DNA of 12,725 bases from a virus (taxonomy: Duplodnaviria; Heunggongvirae; Uroviricota; Caudoviricetes). The DNA is taken from the IMG/VR virus record IMGVR_UViG_2859827302_000006. One strand, 5' to 3'. Position 1 is the stretch's first letter, and each line of letters opens with the position of its first letter. Under the pieces are notes generated by a model. The model had not been told where the DNA came from. It did no database searches and saw nothing but the letters and a program-made list of their open reading frames with translations. Below, piece by piece: positions 6,484 to 12,725 of this stretch. The position numbers and the translations under genes were made by a program.

Positions 6484-6657
6484 TTTTTCAAGCGTCTCAC
6501 TTCGTCGCAGTTGGGATTTTCGGTTTTTCTATGTGTGTGTTTCATAAGTATTTTTTTACCCCTCACTTTTGAGGATGTATACAGGTCGAAAAGTGAGGGA
6601 GAGCGGGCTAATTTTGGCCCTCTTTCTATCCCCCTCGCTTTTGCTCCTCACTTTTAT
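6463..6657. repeat. Iteron array, putative replication origin: seven copies of CTCACTTTT (two variants, one inverted) around an AT-rich spacer
   Basis: Copies at 6465-6475, 6478-6488, 6495-6504 (variant), 6561-6570, 6589-6599 (inverted), 6634-6642 (variant) and 6646-6655; AT-rich stretch 6510-6560; lies directly 3-prime of the Rep ATPase gene. Confidence 0.6.
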
Positions 6658-8054
6658 AGCGGCGCTACATCATCCCCATCGATACGAATAACCCCATCTT
6701 TTTCCAGCTTGTACAGCCAGCGCCGGAAGTTTTTCATTTCATACCCCAGCTTTTTCATGTCATCACGTAACAGCGGGATCGTGCACTTGTCGCCGTTCTG
6801 TGTGCGTGAACGGATGCACCCCCATAGCGCGGTATGGTTTTCCGTCTTGTTCCCTGCCTCCTCGATGCGCTCCAGTTCAACAGGAGGGCGCGGATCATCC
6901 ACCACCACCAGCGACGTGATTAATTCACCGTCAGCGTCGGTAAAAAGCTCCACCACGCGTAAGTCATATGCGGCTTCTTTGAGTTCCTCCGCGTCCTTCA
7001 TTTTGGTGCATGAGATAACCAGCGCTTCGCTTCCTGCGTCCTCCCTGCGTATCCGGTATTCAGCATCCAGCGAAGCACGAAATGCACTGGAACCGCGCGC
7101 GCCTTTCGTCTCATCCTTGCCGGAATGGTGAACCACCAGCACCGTGGCCCCTGTGCGTCGTTTCAGTTCGTCACAACCACGGATAAACGCCCCCATATCA
7201 CGGGAATCATTTTCATCATTCCCACCAAAGCAACGCGCCAGCGTATCCAGAATAATCATGCGTACAGGTTTACCCGTTTCCCGCTCCACCTGACGGGCAG
7301 CGATAACCATTTCATCAACATCAAGCGGGGCAGCCGGAAAGATGGGGCGGTTTACCAGATACAGATTTTTCACCTGCTCATCGTGCACAACCTCCCAGGC
7401 TTTTACACGACGCGGAACACCTATACCGCCTTCACCAACCACATAGAGAACCGCACCATGTGCAACCCTGCGGCCTCCCCACTGGCGACCAGTGGCAACA
7501 TGGCACGCCCACGATCCGGCAAGGAATGATTTATAGGACCCGCTAGCTCCGTATATGCTGCATAGCGATACCGCCGGAATAATCCCCTTAACCACGTAAT
7601 CCAGTTGCGTGTCGTATCCGGTAGATCCAACGCTCATCGGTAGCGTGGTTTTTCGCTGGTGGTTTTTTTCTTCCGCCGGCTCTTTCCCGCGCACCCGTTC
7701 CAGGTATTCGCGCCAGTTCTCCCGCATATGGCTGTGCATCCCTTCGGGGTAATAATTCGCATCAGTTACACCCGCCGCCGCCAGCTTGTGCGCAATGGCA
7801 TTAATATTTGATGGCCTGATGTGGCCTGCCTTGTACAGCCGGACACAATAGCGCCCCTCGTCGATGATTCTCAGGTCTGCCAGTTCATCCAGTTGATCAT
7901 CAGCCAGCACAACGGGAGGCACATTATCGCCAGCCAGTCGCCCGTCCTGTTCCTGCCACTGTTTCGCATGTGCCCAGGCATCACTACCCGCAAAAATAAT
8001 GACTTCGGTCATCTTGTCGTAAGGCTGTTTTTTTAAGTTCGGTGCGCTTTTCAT
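6654..8054 (-). CDS. RepA-like RecA-fold (AAA_25-type) replication ATPase, putative initiator-helicase (466 aa)
   Basis: Walker A GASGSYKS, Walker B-like MIILDTLARCFGG, motif VLVVHHSGKD and a basic C-terminal region; ATG at 8054 with AGGGG ribosome-binding site and ATGA overlap with the upstream gene. The N-terminal 150 aa have no recognisable primase motifs. Confidence 0.85.
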   Translation of the reverse strand: MKSAPNLKKQPYDKMTEVIIFAGSDAWAHAKQWQEQDGRLAGDNVPPVVLADDQLDELADLRIIDEGRYCVRLYKAGHIRPSNINAIAHKLAAAGVTDANYYPEGMHSHMRENWREYLERVRGKEPAEEKNHQRKTTLPMSVGSTGYDTQLDYVVKGIIPAVSLCSIYGASGSYKSFLAGSWACHVATGRQWGGRRVAHGAVLYVVGEGGIGVPRRVKAWEVVHDEQVKNLYLVNRPIFPAAPLDVDEMVIAARQVERETGKPVRMIILDTLARCFGGNDENDSRDMGAFIRGCDELKRRTGATVLVVHHSGKDETKGARGSSAFRASLDAEYRIRREDAGSEALVISCTKMKDAEELKEAAYDLRVVELFTDADGELITSLVVVDDPRPPVELERIEEAGNKTENHTALWGCIRSRTQNGDKCTIPLLRDDMKKLGYEMKNFRRWLYKLEKDGVIRIDGDDVAPL

Positions 8055-8350
8055 TTCTTGCCCCTGAATCCGTTAACCATGGTTTTCAGCTTCTGGATGT
8101 TTGCCCGTGCCCTGGCGTTGCTGGTGGGCACGTTATGCGGCGCGGTCTGTACCAGAGAAAAATCACGCCGGAACTGATAAACAGGCATCACGCAATCATA
8201 TTCGTAACCTTCACGGCGGTAGGTTACACGCCGTTCTTCCACGCCCTTAATCATTACCGTGCCGCCGTACTGGTCGCGGTAAATATCACCGCGCGTAAAT
8301 TTAGGGTGAGTGTTGCCACTGGCAGTTAAGCCAGAATATTTAAGTTTCAT
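8051..8350 (-). CDS. Hypothetical protein (99 aa)
   Basis: GGAGAA ribosome-binding site before the ATG at 8350; stop overlaps the Rep start (ATGA). Confidence 0.55.
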   Translation of the reverse strand: MKLKYSGLTASGNTHPKFTRGDIYRDQYGGTVMIKGVEERRVTYRREGYEYDCVMPVYQFRRDFSLVQTAPHNVPTSNARARANIQKLKTMVNGFRGKK

Positions 8351-8355
8351 TATTT

Positions 8356-8589
8356 TTATTCTCCGGTGTGCTGTTCTTTATATCTGTCGTGCAATAGATC
8401 TATTTCTTGCAGTTCCATTATTACAGGCTCAAGAAGCGTTATTAATGCCGTGGCAATTCTTGATTTTTGTTTGTCGCGTTCATTGTCGCCAAGTGTTTCA
8501 AGCCATATGCGCAATATTTCCAGCATGTTTTCACTGTGAGAAAGTGCAAGAAATGCGCGGTCTATTGTTTCGTGGTAAATATCACGCAT
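8356..8589 (-). CDS. Hypothetical protein (77 aa)
   Basis: ATG at 8589 with GAGGA upstream; start overlaps the stop of the 196-aa gene by 8 nt. Confidence 0.5.
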   Translation of the reverse strand: MRDIYHETIDRAFLALSHSENMLEILRIWLETLGDNERDKQKSRIATALITLLEPVIMELQEIDLLHDRYKEQHTGE

Positions 8590-9172
8590 GGCTTACATCC
8601 TCAGGAAATTTTCTTCTGTAACGCGCCTCTGCCACATATTCCGCATAATCGGCGGCGATATTCAGTACATCAAGCCCCGTTGATTTATATTCTCTCGTGG
8701 AAAGTAAGAAAAAAGCCGCTCTAATAAGTTCTGGCATTGACGAAAGCGCATCAGCCGCATCATCAGGAACGCCGGAAAATTCCTGTTTCAGGGAATTAAA
8801 ACGATCATCACGCATGTTTACCCCCTGAATGACCTGATAACCGCAACTGGTCAGCAACTCGATAAATTCCGGCAGTGTGCCGAAACAGCAATCATCACGC
8901 AGCCGTTCGCAGGATACCTCGACGCCGTTTTCGTAGTGACTCACCATACATCCGGTAAAATGCAGATCATCATCGTGATGGCTCGTTGACGGCTTAATCA
9001 GTCGCGCACGTTCCGCCAGTTCCAGCAATGCTTCAACGCTTCCGGCAATTGCACCATCCGGCAGGTGATAATTACGCACTATGCGCCCGTTCTCCACATT
9101 GACCAGCAACTGCCCGGTAAATTTCTCATCAAACTGAATGCTGTTAAGGTCAGAAATTGACAGATTATGCAT
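8582..9172 (-). CDS. Hypothetical protein (196 aa; start taken at the internal ATG 9172 rather than the ORF-track start 9190)
   Basis: AGGAGG sits 6 nt upstream of the ATG at 9172; protein-like composition, no recognisable motif. Confidence 0.65.
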   Translation of the reverse strand: MHNLSISDLNSIQFDEKFTGQLLVNVENGRIVRNYHLPDGAIAGSVEALLELAERARLIKPSTSHHDDDLHFTGCMVSHYENGVEVSCERLRDDCCFGTLPEFIELLTSCGYQVIQGVNMRDDRFNSLKQEFSGVPDDAADALSSMPELIRAAFFLLSTREYKSTGLDVLNIAADYAEYVAEARYRRKFPEDVSHA

Positions 9173-9386
9173 GGTGCACCTCCTGCACATCAGCCATGAT
9201 AATTTTTCCGGCCTTATCCAGTGCCTGATCGGCTTTTAGCTGCACAAATGCTAAATGGAAGATGCATTCTGATTCTCTGGCTGCGTGTTTATGCGCCCTG
9301 TCAGCAATAACAGAAATATCAATAAGCGCGTGCATCAGCGTAGTGAGCGCGGCGGCGGCTGCGTCCGGTGTGGTTTTATTGCACAT
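9165..9386 (-). CDS. Hypothetical small protein (73 aa; start at internal ATG 9386)
   Basis: GGAGGGG ribosome-binding site 4-5 nt upstream of the ATG at 9386; Ala-rich, helical-looking; short overlaps with both neighbours. Confidence 0.5.
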   Translation of the reverse strand: MCNKTTPDAAAAALTTLMHALIDISVIADRAHKHAARESECIFHLAFVQLKADQALDKAGKIIMADVQEVHHA

Positions 9387-9606
9387 GTACCCCTCCGCAT
9401 TTTTTTTCGTTAGAAATAAGCGTTCTTCTTTCCTGTTCATCGCTCAGGAATACGCAGACCTCACCGCTAAGGCGTTTAAGTAAGCCGATGATTGCCCCTG
9501 ATTCGCTGTCGGTCATCATGCTAGGGTAATCCTCTGCCAGTGCGCAAATAACTTCGATTTGGTGGGCGCGTTCTGCTGCCTGTTGTAGTGTGATTTCCTG
9601 GCTCAT
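9376..9606 (-). CDS. Hypothetical small protein (76 aa)
   Basis: ATG at 9606 overlaps the preceding stop (ATGA); GGGGG upstream. Confidence 0.5.
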   Translation of the reverse strand: MSQEITLQQAAERAHQIEVICALAEDYPSMMTDSESGAIIGLLKRLSGEVCVFLSDEQERRTLISNEKKCGGVHVQ

Positions 9607-9803
9607 AAGCCTACCCCCTGACGAATACGGGCAGCAAATACCATCACGCAGCCAGCCGGAGATTGCTGGCGTGCTTCCTGTTCGCTGGTGGCCTCAATGG
9701 TAATCACGCGCGGTTGTGCCGTGCTCAGGGCGATAAAACGCCAGATGTATTTATTCAGGTTGTGCGAGTCCCGCCCTTTCGGGTGTGTGGTATGATTTCT
9801 CAT
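9603..9803 (-). CDS. Hypothetical small protein (66 aa), first gene of the main leftward operon; it is the C-terminal part of the 428-codon stop-free frame
   Basis: In-frame ATG at 9803 with GAGG ribosome-binding site, about 90 nt downstream of the predicted minus-strand promoter. Confidence 0.4.
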   Translation of the reverse strand: MRNHTTHPKGRDSHNLNKYIWRFIALSTAQPRVITIEATSEQEARQQSPAGCVMVFAARIRQGVGL

Positions 9804-9900
9804 AGCTACCTCGATACTGTTGCTATCGTTGGTGGTTAGAAGCCCCGTTACTGCTCCTACAGTGCGGGGTTTCGTCGTTTCTGTGCCTTTCATCAATAAG

Positions 9901-9981
9901 GTGTAAGACACAATGTAAAACAATGGTGTCTTACACGTCAACCCTTCAAAATATTTTTTTTTCGTGTATATTGTCTTACAC
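9901..9981. promoter_or_regulatory. Divergent promoter/operator switch between the RHH gene (+) and the main operon (-)
   Basis: Inverted repeat GTGTAAGACAC (9901-9911) / GTGTCTTACAC (9926-9936) plus half-site GTCTTACAC (9973-9981); + promoter TTCAAA (9945-9950)-16 nt-TATATT (9967-9972); minus promoter TTGACG (complement of 9936-9941)-17 nt-TTACAT (complement of 9913-9918). Confidence 0.55.
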
Positions 9982-10002
9982 CAAAAACATGAGGGGTTAA
10001 AC

Positions 10003-10182
10003 ATGGCAACGGGTCCAAAGAATGCAAAATCACAATCTGTAACTGCACGTATTGCCCATGAAATTATTGAAGGCATGGAGAACGTGAAAGAAGAAGGCGA
10101 AAGCACGGGACAGTTTATAAACGCAGCCATGCGCGGCGAAATCAAACGCCGCCAGCGCCGCAAGGCCAAAGAGCAGGAGTAA
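10003..10182 (+). CDS. Ribbon-helix-helix (CopG/Arc/MetJ-like) DNA-binding protein, about 59 aa; candidate repressor of the switch
   Basis: ATG at 10003 with GAGGGG ribosome-binding site; the pattern SVTARIAHEIIEGMENVKEEGESTGQFINAAMRGEIKRR fits a beta-strand plus two helices; the ORF-track start at 9964 (GTG) lies inside the promoter. Confidence 0.7.
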   Translation: MATGPKNAKSQSVTARIAHEIIEGMENVKEEGESTGQFINAAMRGEIKRRQRRKAKEQE

Positions 10183-10224
10183 CCATCACCAGCGCCGTGG
10201 TGTGAGTAACTACGGCGCATTGCT

Positions 10225-10413
10225 ATGCAGGACAACACAATGACCGATAAAGAATTGACCAAAACATTATCACCGGCACGGAAAAGACGGCGCAGAAAGA
10301 TAGAGCATGAATCAGAAAGATTCGCGCCATGTGCTTTTGCCCTTGAGCAATTCCTTAAAGAGTACAGGGAAAAGCGCTCATTGCAGGTATGGCAACGAAC
10401 TGAACCAGACTGA
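10225..10413 (+). CDS. Possible small Arg/Lys-rich protein co-transcribed with the RHH gene (likely start ATG 10240)
   Basis: Weak AGGA ribosome-binding site; basic stretch ARKRRRRK; followed by a + strand terminator. Could instead be untranslated. Confidence 0.35.
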   Translation: MQDNTMTDKELTKTLSPARKRRRRKIEHESERFAPCAFALEQFLKEYREKRSLQVWQRTEPD

Positions 10414-10490
10414 TTGCATTGCCCACCAGCCGCAAATGTGGCATTATTGGCAATGCTCATGCGTTGGGGATAACGTGTAGCTTGTGTCGA

Positions 10491-10520
10491 GGGGCCACCG
10501 TAGCGGGTGGCCTTTGTTTT
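10491..10520 (+). terminator. Rho-independent terminator of the RHH transcription unit
   Basis: GGCCACC-GTAGCG-GGTGGCC (10493-10512) followed by TTTGTTTT; a second weaker hairpin plus T-run lies at about 10613-10646. Confidence 0.6.
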
Positions 10521-10526
10521 GCCCGT

Positions 10527-10889
10527 TATTCGGCAATTGTGGCGCTTCTCCACATGGTTGATATAATCCCACTGCTCAGATTCATTTTTTGCGCAGTAGG
10601 TTAATTGTTCACAAAGGCGCTCCGGCAACGGGGCGCTTTTTGTTTTTATTAGTTTGTAGAAACCTGACTCAGAGATAATGCTCATATTCTGATTGCCGTC
10701 AGGGGTGTAAGTTAAATTTACTCCCTTTTTATCATCAAACATCTGCAACGCTCTGGCGTTAACAATATTGGTTTCACTCCCGCCAGTAAGGCCGGAAATA
10801 ACCGGAATAATTTCGGCAAAATTTTGCAGATTCTGTTTTTCAGGACGAACGAAGCCCCGCCCTTGTTCGGGAGAATATCCAGTATTCAT
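10527..10889 (-). pseudogene. Possible decayed gene with a Bro-N-like antirepressor N-terminus; the frame runs on without a stop to 9603
   Basis: The first 95 or so codons look protein-like and include ISESGFYKLIKTKSAPLPE, reminiscent of the Bro-N motif; downstream the frame is antisense to the RHH operon and rich in C/S/R; weak ribosome-binding site. Confidence 0.3.
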
Positions 10890-10941
10890 GGTTAGATCTC
10901 TGTATTAGTGGATGGGTGGCGGCTGTGTGCCGCCAGCCTGA

Positions 10942-11130
10942 TTAGTGAACTGCCTCGCAGCTGTCCTTCCATGCCAGAACTTCGGATAAAGACCAGCCAA
11001 CGGAACGACCGCCCAGCTTACGCCGTGATGGGAATTGTCCGGCTTTTTCCAGGCGGTACCGACATGAGCGGCTCAGGCCTGTAAGTTGCTGACATTCTTT
11101 TTCACGTATAAAGCGATCTGTGCTTAACAC
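10942..11130 (-). CDS. alpA: AlpA-family (prophage CP4-57 / P4 Vis-like) HTH transcriptional regulator, 62 aa
   Basis: FIREKECQQLTGLSRSCRYRLEKAGQFPSRRKLGGRSVGWSLSEVLAW fits the AlpA/MerR-like HTH pattern; GTG start at 11130 with GGGGGA ribosome-binding site; directly downstream of int. Confidence 0.8.
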   Translation of the reverse strand: MLSTDRFIREKECQQLTGLSRSCRYRLEKAGQFPSRRKLGGRSVGWSLSEVLAWKDSCEAVH

Positions 11131-11164
11131 AATTCCCCCTTTGTTGTTTCTTAAAGAGTCATTG

Positions 11165-11215
11165 GGTGGATTATTGGGTTGGGTTGTGTCGGATTGTGTC
11201 AGGGTGTTTGTGGAA
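11165..11215. repeat. Repeated TTGTGTC / GGGTTG elements upstream of alpA
   Basis: GGGTTGGGTTGTGTCGGATTGTGTCAGGGTGTTTGTGG, with GTTGTGTC at 11183-11190 and ATTGTGTC at 11193-11200. Confidence 0.4.
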
Positions 11216-11404
11216 TGGCAAACACTGGCGGCGGTCGTTTTACAGAAGCAGGGGGAATGAGAATAAAAACTCTTTTAATTCATTATGATGCAAAGGCATA
11301 AAATTTTACTTTTACGCCTTTTTTACATATTTTTAAGAGTGATTCGCCAGTGTATAAAAAAACAGTACACCTATAAAAATCAAATGGTTATTACGATGGC
11401 TGAT

Positions 11405-11470
11405 TTTTAACCCGTTGTTCCATTTTGTTCCTTGTTGTTCGTCGTTGTGTCTCGTTGTTTCACGTTGTCC
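11405..11470. repeat. Six tandem 10-bp-phased GTTGT repeats between the int stop and alpA
   Basis: cccGTTGTTc / cattTTGTTc / cttGTTGTTc / gtcGTTGTGt / ctcGTTGTTt / cacGTTGTCc at 11411-11470, one per helical turn. Confidence 0.5.
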
Positions 11471-11495
11471 GCATCCTGAAAAATCGCAAAAAAAA

Positions 11496-12725
11496 TTATA
11501 TTTCTCTGGCTATTGGCAATGTGGTTACGTTTTCATGTGTTCCCGCCAGTATCCCTAACCGCTCCGTCCACATATCCAGCGCGTCACGTTTCGCATCCAG
11601 ATAACGGGAATGGTTATAGACTCGTTGCATCCCTGGCATCTGATGACCTGTAAGCTGCTCCACGACGTGAGGATCCACGCCTAAATCGTTCAGCATCGTT
11701 GTAAAGGTGCGCCGGATGTCATGCAGTGACCAGTGAGGGTGTTTTAGCCTCCTGTGCGCTAATCTGCCGTACTGCGACACGCTTGTTTCCTGTTTCACTT
11801 CCCCCAGCAATAAGCCCGTGTGCCTGTTCTGCTCCACCAGCTGCGTGACGAACGGCAGTATTGCTTCCGGTATGGGCCGGAATATTGCCACCTTCGTTTT
11901 GCTGTGTTCTTTCGGCACGGTCCAGAGCATTTCGGTAAAATCCCACTCGCTGATCTCCGATAACCTCAGTTCTACCGTCCGGCATCCGAAAACAATCAGG
12001 AGGCGGATTAGTGCGACGTAGTAAGGGGAAAATATTTTTTTGTCCAGTGCCTGCAATAATTCGCCAAGTTCTTTGGTGCTTAAGACACGCTCGCTTATAT
12101 CCGGTTTTTTCCCAACGTCCGCCACACTCATATCATCAAGAACGTTGCTGATTGCATAGCGCCGCCTCCGGCAGAACTTAAGCGCCTGTTTGCACGTCTG
12201 TAGCAAGAATCCGGCAGTAACAGGCGTTCGCTTTGCCACCTGGTCAAAACAGGCCAGCCAGTGCCGTAGCTCGCATTTATCCAGCGGCATAGCACCAATG
12301 TGCTGTATTACGTGATTATTAAGGCGCTTTTTCAGGGCGGCATAATCCACGCGGTTTTCCTTTACGTAAGACTCAAGCCAGTAGGTAAGCGCATCGCCAA
12401 CCGTTACGGGCTTTAACGCTTTCTGTACGGTGTAATTCATCTCATGACGTGGATTTTTCCCCTCAGCAAGCCAAGCGCGACACTGTGCCGCTTTTTCCCT
12501 GGCAGCTTTCAGACTCAGATCAGGATAATTTCCCAGCTTAATCCGTTCCGGTCGTGCTCCCCTTCCCGTTCCGGCCCTGTAGGTGAAATACCAGGTTAAA
12601 AGGCCGCTGGTTGAATGCCTGACGCTCAGGTTTCCACCGTCATTAAGAAAGGCTGTTTTTTGGGCGGGTGTGCCGTTGATTTTCCTTAGCTGTGTATCAC
12701 TCAGTTTGTTAAGTGCTCTGCGCAT
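11496..12725 (-). CDS. int: Tyrosine site-specific integrase, P4-type (409 aa); start codon at the window edge
   Basis: N-terminal arm-binding region with the LNDGGNLSV motif (compare P4 Int LADGGGLYL); C-terminal catalytic signature with R in GCRTVELR, HxxR in LHDIRRTF and the Tyr region GHQMPGMQRVYNHSRYL. Confidence 0.92.
   Translation of the reverse strand: MRRALNKLSDTQLRKINGTPAQKTAFLNDGGNLSVRHSTSGLLTWYFTYRAGTGRGARPERIKLGNYPDLSLKAAREKAAQCRAWLAEGKNPRHEMNYTVQKALKPVTVGDALTYWLESYVKENRVDYAALKKRLNNHVIQHIGAMPLDKCELRHWLACFDQVAKRTPVTAGFLLQTCKQALKFCRRRRYAISNVLDDMSVADVGKKPDISERVLSTKELGELLQALDKKIFSPYYVALIRLLIVFGCRTVELRLSEISEWDFTEMLWTVPKEHSKTKVAIFRPIPEAILPFVTQLVEQNRHTGLLLGEVKQETSVSQYGRLAHRRLKHPHWSLHDIRRTFTTMLNDLGVDPHVVEQLTGHQMPGMQRVYNHSRYLDAKRDALDMWTERLGILAGTHENVTTLPIAREI

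Larger units (their letters stand above)
1462..12725 (-). mobile_element. Integrated phage satellite / PICI-like island (int, alpA, replication, capsid-remodelling and cos-packaging modules); right end and att sites lie outside the window, left boundary somewhere in 1462-2150
   Basis: Contiguous minus-strand gene set typical of a satellite: P4-type integrase, AlpA-family regulator, RepA-like ATPase plus iterons plus SSB, capsid-protein homologs, Nu1-like small terminase and lambda-type cos sites. No tail, portal or large terminase genes. Confidence 0.8.

Noticed and set aside
6230-7131. Plus-strand ORFs 6230-6547, 6375-6572 and 6445-7131 (228 aa)
   Set aside because: They cover the iteron array and the antisense of the Rep ATPase gene; Ser/Phe-rich low-complexity translations typical of antisense frames.
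7125-8036. ORFs 7125-7529 (+), 7421-7630 (-) and 7821-8036 (+) inside the Rep gene
   Set aside because: Embedded in or antisense to the Rep ATPase gene, which has clear Walker motifs and a ribosome-binding site; no independent support.
8042-8724. Plus-strand ORFs 8042-8329, 8310-8621 and 8467-8724
   Set aside because: Antisense to the coupled minus-strand small-gene operon; no ribosome-binding sites; hydrophobic low-complexity translations.
9843-9880. Hairpin CCCCG...CGGGG followed by a T-rich tract as a + strand terminator
   Set aside because: The stem is only 5 bp and the element lies in the 5-prime leader of the minus-strand operon with no + strand gene upstream; more likely a leader structure.
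10419-10604. Plus-strand ORF of 61 aa
   Set aside because: It spans the + strand terminator hairpin and has Cys/Gly/Ala-rich composition with no ribosome-binding site; likely non-coding.
1-12725. A CRISPR array
   Set aside because: No regularly spaced identical repeats of 25-40 bp with unique spacers; the repeats present are iterons, cos copies and short hairpins with irregular spacing.

Overview
The window holds an intact phoQ (1-1461, + strand) followed by about 11 kb of an integrated phage-satellite (PICI-like) element, almost all encoded on the minus strand and ending with a P4-type tyrosine integrase whose start codon sits at the window edge. Reading the minus strand from the right: int (11496-12725), alpA (10942-11130), a decayed Bro-N-like ORF, a divergent promoter/operator switch with a + strand ribbon-helix-helix gene (10003-10182), six small translationally coupled ORFs (8051-9803), a RepA-like replication ATPase (6654-8054), an iteron array that looks like an origin (6463-6657), an SSB-like gene (5783-6205), a capsid module with lambda E-like major capsid and lambda D-like decoration homologs (3333-5367), a lambda-type cos site (3241-3300), a Nu1-like small terminase gene (2730-3170), a second cos in inverted orientation (2471-2535), a 93-aa ORF, and a hairpin-dense non-coding stretch next to phoQ (about 1676-2040). 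No portal, prohead protease, large terminase, tail, tRNA or CRISPR array is visible. The most unusual observations are the two convergent lambda-type cos sites bracketing the small terminase gene, a third degenerate cos copy, capsid-protein homologs in an element that cannot build a capsid alone, and the structured non-coding terminus. All protein assignments rest on motif recognition by eye and on ORF and ribosome-binding-site structure; no database search was run.
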